A stretch of 64,000 nt of DNA. It comes from Candidatus Omnitrophota bacterium. Lineage in GTDB: Bacteria; Omnitrophota; Gorgyraeia; Zapsychrales; Fredricksoniimonadaceae. Location: contig CAJBYM010000109.1 of NCBI GenBank assembly GCA_903959815.1, positions 2,229-66,228 on the forward strand. The letters are read 5' to 3'. The position numbers and the translations under genes are program-made. The notes below the pieces were generated by a model. It did no database searches. It was not told where the DNA came from and saw only the letters and a list, made by a program, of their open reading frames with translations. Positions 1 to 8,652 of the stretch are shown piece by piece (position 1 is the first letter of the stretch; every line of letters starts with the position of its first letter).

Positions 1-543
1 TTGTGCTGTACGCGTCTTAAGAAAACCTGGCGCACGCTTAAGAAATTTCTTGGCCACAGGATAACCATTATCCTGATACTCGCGCGCCTGTACCAGACAT
101 TCAAGAATATCAGCATCACGCGCGATGAGCGCTTCATGGGTCTTTTGCGTATCATAATCAGCGCGGATATCCACCAGCGCCGTTCGCACCTTAGACGGCA
201 GCGGGGCTACCTGATCTTTGAACACGCGCTTTTCCGCATCTTTGAAATCAATGTAAAAATGACCCATCTTGTGCAAATCATTGATACGCGCTTCATGGAT
301 ATCATTGAACAAGGTCATGGCGAGCACACGATAAGGATCAGCCCCTTCTTCATGGGCCATGTAAAAACCAATGACCGCGCAGCGGAAACAATGGTCGGCC
401 ACACTCTCCGGATTCTCGATCCCAGCCACCCACCAGCCGCTACGCTTGACGCGTTTCAGCAAGCCAGCCTCGGCAAAGAAATCAAGTGCCGCGTTAAAGT
501 TAGCGCCCTTGGGGCTTGTGTTCTTTTTGTTTTTTAATTTCAT
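1..543 (-). CDS. HD-domain phosphohydrolase (YfbR/HDDC2-like), 3' end outside window
   Basis: Translated manually from ATG 543, absent from the ORF track: LKRVKRSGWWVAGIENPESVADHCFR...LFNDIHEARIND...ARDADILE. Frame is open to base 1. Confidence 0.85.
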   Translation of the reverse strand, partial: MKLKNKKNTSPKGANFNAALDFFAEAGLLKRVKRSGWWVAGIENPESVADHCFRCAVIGFYMAHEEGADPYRVLAMTLFNDIHEARINDLHKMGHFYIDFKDAEKRVFKDQVAPLPSKVRTALVDIRADYDTQKTHEALIARDADILECLVQAREYQDNGYPVAKKFLKRAPGFLKTRTAQ

Positions 544-1234
544 AACAGAACATCGCTGTTGCATGCGCCACGTTAAGTGAAAGCCGCTCTTTAGCCATCG
601 GGATCGTCAGTTTCACGTCAATGTGCTTTAACGTCACTTCTCGGATCCCCTTGCCTTCCGACCCGATCACAAGACCGAGCGGCAGCGGCAATTTTGTACG
701 GGTCAGATCCTCGCCATCCTTGACGACACTGCCCGCGATCCAAAACCCCTTGGCCTTGGCTTTTTCAATCGCATTATTAAGATTGTTAACTTTAGACACC
801 TTGATATGATTCTCCCCGCCACAGGCCACGCGCGTCACAGTATCATTGATATCAACAGTGCCATGCGTGGGAATAACCAACGCAAATCCGCCGAGGCATG
901 CGATCGAACGGATGATCGCCCCCATATTCTGCGGATCTGTTATCCCATCGATAAAAAGGAGCGTCGTGCCCTGTGCATACGCCTCATCCACAAGATCATC
1001 ATAATCCGCATAAGCGAAATCCTCGACCTCAATGAGAAGCCCCTGGGTATTAAGACTGCGGCCCAGTTTCAACATTTTACTCGAAGGCACAGCAATCACA
1101 GCGACCCCGTATTTCTTCATTTTAGAAGAAATATAATTATGGTCCGGATGCCCTATCTCAACATAAACACGCCGCACACTTTTAGGGTCTGCCTTGATAC
1201 GCTCAATGACCGGATTCTTGCCGTAGATCTTCAT
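500..1234 (-). CDS. rlmB: 23S rRNA 2'-O-methyltransferase (TrmH/SpoU family)
   Basis: MKIYGKNPV start, DGITDPQNMGAIIRS, VIGSEGKG, SLNVA motifs. Start moved to ATG 1234 (TAATG overlap with upstream stop). Confidence 0.9.
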   Translation of the reverse strand: MKIYGKNPVIERIKADPKSVRRVYVEIGHPDHNYISSKMKKYGVAVIAVPSSKMLKLGRSLNTQGLLIEVEDFAYADYDDLVDEAYAQGTTLLFIDGITDPQNMGAIIRSIACLGGFALVIPTHGTVDINDTVTRVACGGENHIKVSKVNNLNNAIEKAKAKGFWIAGSVVKDGEDLTRTKLPLPLGLVIGSEGKGIREVTLKHIDVKLTIPMAKERLSLNVAHATAMFCYEIKKQKEHKPQGR

Positions 1235-1965
1235 TATCTTTTGATCCCCAATCCCAGGTAAAATACGGGCTTTAAAATGCTCCACCACCCGACGAGCGGC
1301 TTCATCTTCGTATAGCCCAGCTTCTTGGGCGGATAAATCTTGGTCACAAACACTTCTGTAAATTTATGCCCCAGCTTGATCGCCTTAAACATCAGATAAG
1401 GCTCAAGTTCATACGCATTCAACCAGTCCTGATCCAAATTGATGCGCGGATCAGCCATGATCGATAAACGAAAAGCCCTGAAACCATTGGTGCTATCTGT
1501 CACAGCCACGCCTGTAAAGAAAGACATGAGCAAAGGATGGACCCTGGTCGCTACCTTGCGGTAAAACGGCATGTCCCCGCCGGTCCCTACTTTTCCCTTA
1601 TAGCGCGACCCCTGCACAAAATCATACCCGTCTTCAAGGATGGGCTTTACGACAGCCGCGATCTCATCTGGATTATCCTTGTCGTTACCGGCCATGATCA
1701 CAAGAATATCATACGCATTCTTCTGACCATAACGGATGGCCGTGCGGATCGCAGCACCCACGCCACTTTGCTTCTCATGACGAATCGTCATCACACCTTG
1801 GCCCGCGAACGAGCGGATCATTTCGGTGGTGCCATCCGTTGAACAATCATCCATCACCAGATAATCAGCCATAGCCCGGGCCGGACTTTTCAAAAAACGC
1901 TCGATCACGCTCTTTAATTTAATGTTCTCATTGAAAGCGATCGGACACACAAGGATCCTAGGCAT
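1234..1965 (-). CDS. GT2 glycosyltransferase, DPM1/polyprenyl-phosphate glycosyltransferase-like
   Basis: PIAFNE, DDCSTDGT, GVGAAIRTAI, DFVQGSRY, TDSTNGFRAF. Confidence 0.85.
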   Translation of the reverse strand: MPRILVCPIAFNENIKLKSVIERFLKSPARAMADYLVMDDCSTDGTTEMIRSFAGQGVMTIRHEKQSGVGAAIRTAIRYGQKNAYDILVIMAGNDKDNPDEIAAVVKPILEDGYDFVQGSRYKGKVGTGGDMPFYRKVATRVHPLLMSFFTGVAVTDSTNGFRAFRLSIMADPRINLDQDWLNAYELEPYLMFKAIKLGHKFTEVFVTKIYPPKKLGYTKMKPLVGWWSILKPVFYLGLGIKR

Positions 1966-2461
1966 TCTTCTTGCCTTTCAACGGCTTCCCGTCAGGACCG
2001 ATCTGCCCCACCTTGCGCGCCGGATTACCGACGACAATAGTATGCGCCGCGACATCCTTCACAACAACAGAACCCGCGCCTACAAGCGCGCCTTCACCGA
2101 TGGTGATCCCACACAGGATGGTTGAGTTGGCCCCCAAAGATGCCCCCTTCTTGACCAACGTGCGTTCCATGACCCAATCCGCGTGCCGGCTTTTGGGATA
2201 ACGGTCATTCACAAAAGTCACATTCGGCCCCACAAAAACACCATCTTCCAATGTCACACCATCATAGACCGCAACATTGTTCTTGATCGTAATGTCATGG
2301 CCGAGCATAGCCTTGCCTTCAATGAAACAGCCATCACAAATATTGCAATTGTCACCGATCACAGCACCTGATTGAACATTCGAAAACGCCCATATCCGCG
2401 TGCCCTCACCGATCGTGGCACCATCCGCCACCAAAGCATTCTGATGTTTAAAATACGCCAT
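1958..2461 (-). CDS. Hexapeptide-repeat sugar N-acyltransferase (WbpD/WxcM-like)
   Basis: IGEGTRIW, IGDNCNI, FVGPNVTFVND.YP, GAGSVVVKDV..VVGNPAR. Confidence 0.85.
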   Translation of the reverse strand: MAYFKHQNALVADGATIGEGTRIWAFSNVQSGAVIGDNCNICDGCFIEGKAMLGHDITIKNNVAVYDGVTLEDGVFVGPNVTFVNDRYPKSRHADWVMERTLVKKGASLGANSTILCGITIGEGALVGAGSVVVKDVAAHTIVVGNPARKVGQIGPDGKPLKGKKNA

Positions 2462-2463
2462 GC

Positions 2464-3477
2464 TTAGATCCTCACCAAATTACCACTCTGATCCATGGAC
2501 TTCTGAACAGCTGCCAGTGTCCTGACAACATGCGCACCCCGATCAGCGTCGACAAGATCCGGATGCCGGCCCTGTTCAACACAATCAATGAAATACTGCC
2601 CCTGGGCCTTAAGCGGTTCAACCAGATTGATCTTCGGGATCGTAATACTGCCTTCGCGAGATAATAATTGAAACTCTCCGTAAGACTCATAATACTTTGA
2701 CGTACGCTCAACGGATTTATCATAAACCCTGACAGCGCCCAGGGTGTCCAGGTCATCCCAAACGATCATTTTCTTTTCACCCACGATCGTGATCTGACGC
2801 ACTTTGCGTGGATCAGCCCAGCTAACATGAATATTCGCCAACTTACCGCCGGGATAATCCAGCGTCGCAAACGCCAGGTCCTCCAAAGAATTCCCCAGAC
2901 ATTTCAAACCACGCGCCGAAGTGCTGATCGCCGATTCTCCGAGAAGATAATCAAAAATGGCAATATCATGCGGCGCAAGATCCCACAAGGCATTGACATC
3001 ATAACGAAAAGGCCCAAGATTCGTACGCTCCGAATGCGCGTAGTAAATGCGCCCTACTTCGCCGGAAGCAATATATTCTTTCACCCAGCGGATACCCGCA
3101 TTGAACACAAACACATGCCCGACCATAAGAACTTTTTTAGCTTTCTCAGAAGCTGCCTTAAGCGCCATGCATTCCTCATAACTCATCGCCAAAGGCTTTT
3201 CGCATAGCACATGTTTACCTGCGGCCAGCGCTTCTTGCGTAAATGGATAATGGTATTTTGTAGGCGCGGCAATGCACACCGCGTCGATCTTAGGATTTGC
3301 CAAGAGTGCACGGTAATCCTTCGTGACCTCAACAGACGGGAACATGGCCTTGATGGCCTTTAATCTCGACTCATCAATGTCCGCGCACATCAGGCACTGC
3401 GAACCGGATAGCTGGGAGAAAACACGGATATGATTTGGCCCCCAGTGGCCACAACCGATAACACCAACAGATATCAA
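2464..3477 (-). CDS. Gfo/Idh/MocA oxidoreductase (WbpB-like nucleotide-sugar dehydrogenase)
   Basis: GCGHWG, HVLCEKPLA, DLAPHD. TTG start after an AGGAGG Shine-Dalgarno (SD). Confidence 0.85.
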   Translation of the reverse strand: MISVGVIGCGHWGPNHIRVFSQLSGSQCLMCADIDESRLKAIKAMFPSVEVTKDYRALLANPKIDAVCIAAPTKYHYPFTQEALAAGKHVLCEKPLAMSYEECMALKAASEKAKKVLMVGHVFVFNAGIRWVKEYIASGEVGRIYYAHSERTNLGPFRYDVNALWDLAPHDIAIFDYLLGESAISTSARGLKCLGNSLEDLAFATLDYPGGKLANIHVSWADPRKVRQITIVGEKKMIVWDDLDTLGAVRVYDKSVERTSKYYESYGEFQLLSREGSITIPKINLVEPLKAQGQYFIDCVEQGRHPDLVDADRGAHVVRTLAAVQKSMDQSGNLVRI

Positions 3478-3549
3478 GATAACCTCCTAGATGATATTTA
3501 TATCAAGTTGTTATTATATAGATGAAACCATCCGACTCAAAGGTTTTTG

Positions 3550-3578
3550 TTGAAATAGCCCCGACAGACCACTAGAAT
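3550..3578 (+). promoter_or_regulatory. Sigma70-type promoter, probably leaderless transcript
   Basis: TTGAAA-17nt-TAGAAT, ATG 8 nt downstream, no SD. Confidence 0.55.
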
Positions 3579-3586
3579 GCAAAACT

Positions 3587-4009
3587 ATGAACAATCTTTC
3601 CCTGAGCGCAAAGATCTTTTGGGGAGTCCTCGCCCTGTTAACGGCCGTTAACATCATACAAACCACGGCTAACCTAGCCTCCATTTATCCCCGGAGAAAA
3701 CCAGTCGCCTTGAATTTTGCGGGTCAGAAATTCGACGGACTGCAGAAACTTCTTAAGAATGAAAAATATATCGGCTATTACACAGACCAGAATATAGACG
3801 ACGCTCACCCCATGATGGAACTGTTGCAGGCTCAATATACACTCATCCCGCTCATCCTGGACCCGAATGACATCGAACATCGCTACATCATCGTGAACTG
3901 TGTGAATATTCCGGCCGCGATCGAAAAATTCAAAGCACTCGGAGCACGCCCCATCACCAAAAACAACACAGGGCTGTTCCTCGTCGAAAGGCCGACGCTA
4001 AGACCATGA
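3587..4009 (+). CDS. Hypothetical protein with N-terminal membrane anchor
   Basis: One hydrophobic N-terminal helix, ATGA overlap with the next gene. Confidence 0.7.
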   Translation: MNNLSLSAKIFWGVLALLTAVNIIQTTANLASIYPRRKPVALNFAGQKFDGLQKLLKNEKYIGYYTDQNIDDAHPMMELLQAQYTLIPLILDPNDIEHRYIIVNCVNIPAAIEKFKALGARPITKNNTGLFLVERPTLRP

Positions 4010-5349
4010 TCTACCTGATCCCTGCGCTCATTTCATTTGCTCTCGGCCTTCTCATTGTTAAAGCCGCAACCAAAGGTCGATTGCCTAGCACGCTATTATC
4101 CTTCTTCTTAAGTGCCACCATAGGCCTCGGCGCCAGTGGGCTTCTAACATTCATCAGCTTCATTCTGTTCAACCAGCTCATAGCCTGGTTTGTAATCATC
4201 TTAAACCTGAGCTTAACGGCAGCCCTGGCTGTTTTTCTTCACCGCCAAGGACGACTGAACATCCTGCCCCCAATCAAAACATGGAAAATCGACGACACAA
4301 TCGCCCTGGCCCTCCTTGGTTTAATCACACTGGGCATGTTCATTTTCGCAAGCCTGTATCCTTACGGTGGCTGGGACGCCTGGGGCTGCTGGAATTTTAA
4401 AGCCCGCTTTCTGTTCCTCGGAGAAAATGCATGGACGGGCATGTTTGACCCAATCTTATGGCGTCACCAGATCTTGTACCCGTTCCTGCTGCCCTTGATC
4501 CATGTTTGGTTCTGGTCGTTCGGCAATACTCCTACCTATGCTGTGCCCATGGCCATTACTTGCCTCATCCCCTTCTTGACGGCCGGACTACTTTACAGCG
4601 CCCTCAAAGAATTGACCGTCGAGAACTCTGCCCACCCGACGGAATGGCTGCAAGGCAAATGGTACATGATCCTTGTGCCTGTCTGGATCTTTACCAACAT
4701 GTTCACCATCCAACTTTCCGCGAGCCAATACAGCGATCTTCTGCTAGGTCTTTTTCTTTTAACCGCCATGACGCTCTTTCTGTTATTCCAAAGAACAAAA
4801 GACACAGGCCACCTGATCCTGATGGGACTTGTGCTCGGCATGATCAGCTTCACCAAAGTCGAAGGAACAGCCCTGTGCGTTCTGACTTTTATAAGCACGC
4901 TCGCACTCGTGCGCACACGTGCGTGCATCAGCCTTATCACAGCAACAGCTCTGGCCGTCATGCCTGTGATCATCTTTGTTATCGCCTACGCGCCCAAGAA
5001 CAGCGGCATCTTCATCAATGGGCTAACATCCCCCGACCATCCGACATCCTGGGAACGCCTGAGCACCATCATGACATATTACGGACATGAATGGATCAGC
5101 ATGAAATGGTCAGGTTTGTGGCTCATATTAACCGCGGGCCTTATCTTTTCGGGAAAAAGAAGCCTCCGCCGTGAACTATGGATCATCCCGATCGTGCTGG
5201 GATCTTATGTTCTGGTCTTTACCGGGACTTATTTCATCAATACATTCTATGAGATCACCTGGTGGCTGGATACCAGCCTAAACCGTATTATCTTCGCCCT
5301 CATCCCTGTAACAGCCCTCTGGACATGCCTTTCCATCGACGATAAATAA
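4006..5349 (+). CDS. Polytopic membrane protein, probable GT-C (ArnT/PMT-like) glycosyltransferase
   Basis: Roughly 12 or more hydrophobic segments, loop GGWDAWGCWNFKAR, YPFLLP, SQYSD, TKVEG. Confidence 0.65.
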   Translation: MIYLIPALISFALGLLIVKAATKGRLPSTLLSFFLSATIGLGASGLLTFISFILFNQLIAWFVIILNLSLTAALAVFLHRQGRLNILPPIKTWKIDDTIALALLGLITLGMFIFASLYPYGGWDAWGCWNFKARFLFLGENAWTGMFDPILWRHQILYPFLLPLIHVWFWSFGNTPTYAVPMAITCLIPFLTAGLLYSALKELTVENSAHPTEWLQGKWYMILVPVWIFTNMFTIQLSASQYSDLLLGLFLLTAMTLFLLFQRTKDTGHLILMGLVLGMISFTKVEGTALCVLTFISTLALVRTRACISLITATALAVMPVIIFVIAYAPKNSGIFINGLTSPDHPTSWERLSTIMTYYGHEWISMKWSGLWLILTAGLIFSGKRSLRRELWIIPIVLGSYVLVFTGTYFINTFYEITWWLDTSLNRIIFALIPVTALWTCLSIDDK

Positions 5350-5381
5350 AAAAGCCCCCGCTCTTTTAAGAACGAGGGCTT
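5348..5381 (-). terminator. Intrinsic terminator after greA
   Basis: Minus strand AAGCCCTCGTTCT-TAAA-AGAGCGGGGGCTT then T-run, between convergent genes. Confidence 0.75.
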
Positions 5382-5401
5382 CTCATTTCAAACTTCTTGA
5401 A

Positions 5402-5875
5402 TTACCGCTTAATACTTAACACCTTAAACCGCTTTGTCCCTGCCGGGACCTGGATCGACACCTCATCACCTGCGGCATGCGTCAAAAGACCTTTGCCGAT
5501 GGGTGAAAAGACAGAAATGCGATCCACTCCGAATTCTGCTTCTTCAGGAGATAACAATGTATAACGGATCTCTTTTTTAAGATCAAGGTCCAAAAGCTGC
5601 ACCGTGGCCCCGATAAAGATCTTGTCCGACGGAATATTCATATCCTCAATGAACACGACATTCGACAGCGTTGTCTCAACTTCCGCAATGCGCGCCTCAT
5701 TATGAGCCTGCGCATCCTTGGCCGCATCATACTCGGCATTCTCGGAAATATCTCCCTGTGCACGCGCCTCGCCAATGGCTTTGGCAATGCGGTGACGCTC
5801 GGTCGTCTTCAAAGACTCCAAATGACTAACAAGCTTCTGATACCCATCCCGGGTAAGGTAAACTTGACCAGCCAT
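5402..5875 (-). CDS. greA: Transcription elongation factor GreA
   Basis: GDISENAEYDAAK, ISVFSPIGKGLL. Confidence 0.95.
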   Translation of the reverse strand: MAGQVYLTRDGYQKLVSHLESLKTTERHRIAKAIGEARAQGDISENAEYDAAKDAQAHNEARIAEVETTLSNVVFIEDMNIPSDKIFIGATVQLLDLDLKKEIRYTLLSPEEAEFGVDRISVFSPIGKGLLTHAAGDEVSIQVPAGTKRFKVLSIKR

Positions 5876-5878
5876 AAA

Positions 5879-6112
5879 TTACATGCTCTCCACGGCCTTC
5901 ATCATGACCGGGACAACCGCCTGAACTTCAACCTTGGTCATACGGCCAAGTTTGCTGAAACGCCATTCGCCGGACGCATCCTGATTCTCGCGACCCAGCT
6001 GAAGTTTCTTTTCTCCGCCATTATAAGAAAAAACACCGACGGTAACGCGGGATCCTTCAAATTCCTTCATCTCTTTAAATACTTCCACATCAAGTGACTT
6101 ATCGTAAGGCAT
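5879..6112 (-). CDS. Small protein, possibly PC4/YdbC-like nucleic-acid-binding fold
   Basis: SD AGGAGGG; VFSYNGGEKKLQLGRE..W.FSKLGRM followed by a C-terminal helix. Confidence 0.7.
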   Translation of the reverse strand: MPYDKSLDVEVFKEMKEFEGSRVTVGVFSYNGGEKKLQLGRENQDASGEWRFSKLGRMTKVEVQAVVPVMMKAVESM

Positions 6113-6121
6113 GAAACCCTC

Positions 6122-6418
6122 CTAGGTTAATCCAGGGATATTAAGCCCGGGCATTTTCTGCATTTGCATGGCCGCTTCTTTCTGGGATTTGCGGATGGCC
6201 ATATTGACCGCCTTAATAAGCTCTGTCTGGAACCGGTTCTTTTGCTTCGCATCAAGCCAGGATTCCTCGATCTCGATCGATTGAAAGATCTGGGCGCCAT
6301 TAAGCTTGACTTTAATACCACGAACTTCGTTATACTCAATGACAAGCTTCTCAAGCTCTTTCTTGAGCATGTCGGCCTGTTTCTTAAGCTCCATCATTTT
6401 CTTCATCTGGTCAAACAT
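6122..6418 (-). CDS. ybaB: YbaB/EbfC nucleoid-associated protein
   Basis: MFDQMKKMMELKKQA..IKVKLNG..SIEI..LIKAVN.A. Start moved to ATG 6418 (SD AGGAG). Confidence 0.8.
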   Translation of the reverse strand: MFDQMKKMMELKKQADMLKKELEKLVIEYNEVRGIKVKLNGAQIFQSIEIEESWLDAKQKNRFQTELIKAVNMAIRKSQKEAAMQMQKMPGLNIPGLT

Positions 6419-6492
6419 GCTTTTTCTCCTAACAAAATCCACAATGGCCCTGGCTACTACGGCCCTTCGGGATACCTTTAAAAGAATCCTTT

Positions 6493-6566
6493 AAAAAACA
6501 TAACCCAACAAGGGGACTTGTTGAGTTATGTTCACTTCTTATACAGTAAATAATTATCTTTGGCAA
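6493..6566 (-). promoter_or_regulatory. Promoter followed directly by a 16-bp hairpin and U-tract in the ybaB-greA leader
   Basis: TTGCCA(6561-6566)-17-TATAAG(6538-6543); inverted repeat 6497-6512/6517-6532 then T6. Confidence 0.5.
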
Positions 6567-6612
6567 GAAATATTGATTTATTAAAGCCGATTTCTCACCT
6601 GAAAAACCATCC

Positions 6613-6906
6613 TCATCTTACAGAGAACCCGATGTCGTAAAGTGTCGGCACCAAAAACTTTCTTAAAAAAAAGATCACCAGACAAACCAGCAAAGGTGAA
6701 ATATCTATGGCCATGGCCGGAAAAAGCTTGCGCACAGGGGCCAAGATCGGCTCTGTTGTACGATCCAGGAATTGAACGACCTGATTATACGGATCAGGAT
6801 TCACCCAGCTGATCGCGGCGCGAATGAAGATCAGCCAGAAAAGAACATTCAATAAAATATCAACCACATTGGCAAGTGCAGAAAAGAAATTTGATACCAC
6901 GAACAT
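6613..6906 (-). CDS. yggT: YggT family membrane protein
   Basis: SWVNPDPYN..TEPILAPVRK..IDISP. Confidence 0.9.
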   Translation of the reverse strand: MFVVSNFFSALANVVDILLNVLFWLIFIRAAISWVNPDPYNQVVQFLDRTTEPILAPVRKLFPAMAIDISPLLVCLVIFFLRKFLVPTLYDIGFSVR

Positions 6907-6927
6907 AACAGCGCCTTTCTTTTATCG

Positions 6928-8013
6928 TTAATTTTGTTTAATGGTGCGTGTTGGATAGGGAATCGCGATCCCCTCTTTAACATAGCGCTGTTGCAAACGC
7001 TTGATGAATTCATGTTTGACCATAGCGGCTGATGGAAAATCCTTGGCTCTCAAGACCACACTAAAATTAACACCGGACTCACCAAACCCCTGATAGCGCA
7101 AGACCGGCTCAGCTTGGGGCACAGCCCCTGCCACGGCTTTCTGGATATCCCACGCAACCTCAAGCGTCACCTTCTCAACCTTCTCAAGGTCAGCGCCGTA
7201 CTGCGCACTCACCGTGACAGGAACGGCAAGCTCCGTATCAGGATAAAAGAAATTTGTGACGCGGGAATTAACCAAAAGCTTATTGGGAATAACAACCGTG
7301 TTGTTATTCGGCAGGCAGATCCACGTCGAACGCCAGCCGATCCGCTGGACCATGCCTTCCTCTCCGGATTCAAGACGGATGAAATGCCCTACCTGAATCG
7401 GCTTATCGGTAACCAACTGAATGCCGGAAAAGAAATTCTCCAGGGTGGGCTGCAACGCAAGAGCCACTGCCAATGAACCAATGCCGAGGGACGCGATGAT
7501 GGGCGTGATCGAAACACCCATGCTGTCCAAAATAACGAGAAAGCCGAGCCCGACGATCACAATGCGAATAAAGCCCTGCACAATGCCACCGGACGTTTTC
7601 AAGATCTCGACCTTTGTCGCGTACAAGGCCACAAGTCCGCGCAAAAATTTATCAATAAAGAGCACGATCGCAACAATGCCAACAACCTTAAAACCAGCAA
7701 AAAGATATTTGCTGATATCAGCCCCACCTTTAGGAACAACATTCTGGACCACCAGAATACCCGTAGCATAGATCATCAGCTGCAAAGGAAAATCCAGAGC
7801 ATCAAAGAACGTATCATCAACCTGGGTCTCGGTCTTGTCCGCAAATTTCCTGGCGATCGCGAATGCGATCTTTTTGGTCACAGAAAAAACAAGGACCCAT
7901 ACGACAAAAATAGCAGGCACCATGATCCAAAGTGAAATGTTCACAGGGATCCCCAAGGCCTGGCCCCATTGCATAACAACCGCTGTTGCACTATTGACTG
8001 TTTCACTTCCCAT
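6928..8013 (-). CDS. MscS family mechanosensitive channel
   Basis: LGIGSLAVALALQPTLENFFSG, G.V..IGWRST, IPYPTRT. Confidence 0.9.
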   Translation of the reverse strand: MGSETVNSATAVVMQWGQALGIPVNISLWIMVPAIFVVWVLVFSVTKKIAFAIARKFADKTETQVDDTFFDALDFPLQLMIYATGILVVQNVVPKGGADISKYLFAGFKVVGIVAIVLFIDKFLRGLVALYATKVEILKTSGGIVQGFIRIVIVGLGFLVILDSMGVSITPIIASLGIGSLAVALALQPTLENFFSGIQLVTDKPIQVGHFIRLESGEEGMVQRIGWRSTWICLPNNNTVVIPNKLLVNSRVTNFFYPDTELAVPVTVSAQYGADLEKVEKVTLEVAWDIQKAVAGAVPQAEPVLRYQGFGESGVNFSVVLRAKDFPSAAMVKHEFIKRLQQRYVKEGIAIPYPTRTIKQN

Positions 8014-8052
8014 ACGCCTTATCCTTTAATGATGGAATATTATTGGAGAGTG

Positions 8053-8646
8053 TCAAAAAATCTTGATAAGCGTCCCGTCAATAAGACGCTGCTCAAAGCG
8101 ATCCAAGATGCGCTTGCTCTTGCGCGACATGTGTTTGAGCTCGGACATGATGGTGCTGATATCCTGCGTCGTCTGATTAAAACCCTTGGCGGTATCACGC
8201 AAAACTTCCGCGATGTCATAAACATCAAGCATCGGATCCCCCAGGACCGGAGCGTCAATGTCCAATGTCTTCTGATCAGGCCGACGGCCGATCTCAATAT
8301 ATTTCGAACCCAAAACACCTTCCGTCTGCACAGACACGCGGGTCGAACGCCGGACCTGCTCTTCAAACTTCTTATAAACGCTAAGCTTCACCTCAATGCC
8401 GCGGCTCATCACCTCTTCCTGCAAAAATCCTATCGTATCGACAAGACCTACCGTCACACCGGAAAGCCGTACCGGTGATCCTTCGGTCAGCCCACCCACC
8501 TTATCAAAAAGAACAGCCATCGTGATCTTGGGCTGGGCAAACCCCTTATTAAATCCGATAAAGAAAATAACGCCAGCGACAACCCCAACACCCACAAGAA
8601 AAAACATTCCGGCCCAAAACTGCTTGATAGCATCATCTTTTAACAT
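8053..8646 (-). CDS. mlaD: MCE/MlaD family protein
   Basis: N-terminal TM, GGLTEGSPVRLSGVTVG.V, TEGVLGSKYIEI. Confidence 0.85.
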   Translation of the reverse strand: MLKDDAIKQFWAGMFFLVGVGVVAGVIFFIGFNKGFAQPKITMAVLFDKVGGLTEGSPVRLSGVTVGLVDTIGFLQEEVMSRGIEVKLSVYKKFEEQVRRSTRVSVQTEGVLGSKYIEIGRRPDQKTLDIDAPVLGDPMLDVYDIAEVLRDTAKGFNQTTQDISTIMSELKHMSRKSKRILDRFEQRLIDGTLIKIF

Positions 8647-8652
8647 ATAAGA

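Noticed and set aside
1-537. 178-aa plus-strand ORF, and the many other antisense or alternate-frame ORFs in the track
   Set aside because: They are shadows of well-supported genes on the opposite strand or frame and show no family motifs.
6113-6124. ybaB TAG is in frame with the next gene, suggesting a readthrough fusion
   Set aside because: The 9-nt spacer is simply the SD of the next gene, and a one-in-three frame match is expected by chance.
6445-6480. Minus-strand AGG..CCCGAAGGG..AGTAGCCAGGGC resembles SRP RNA domain IV near ybaB
   Set aside because: No GNRA tetraloop, wrong loop spacing and no long enclosing helix. cmscan would settle it.
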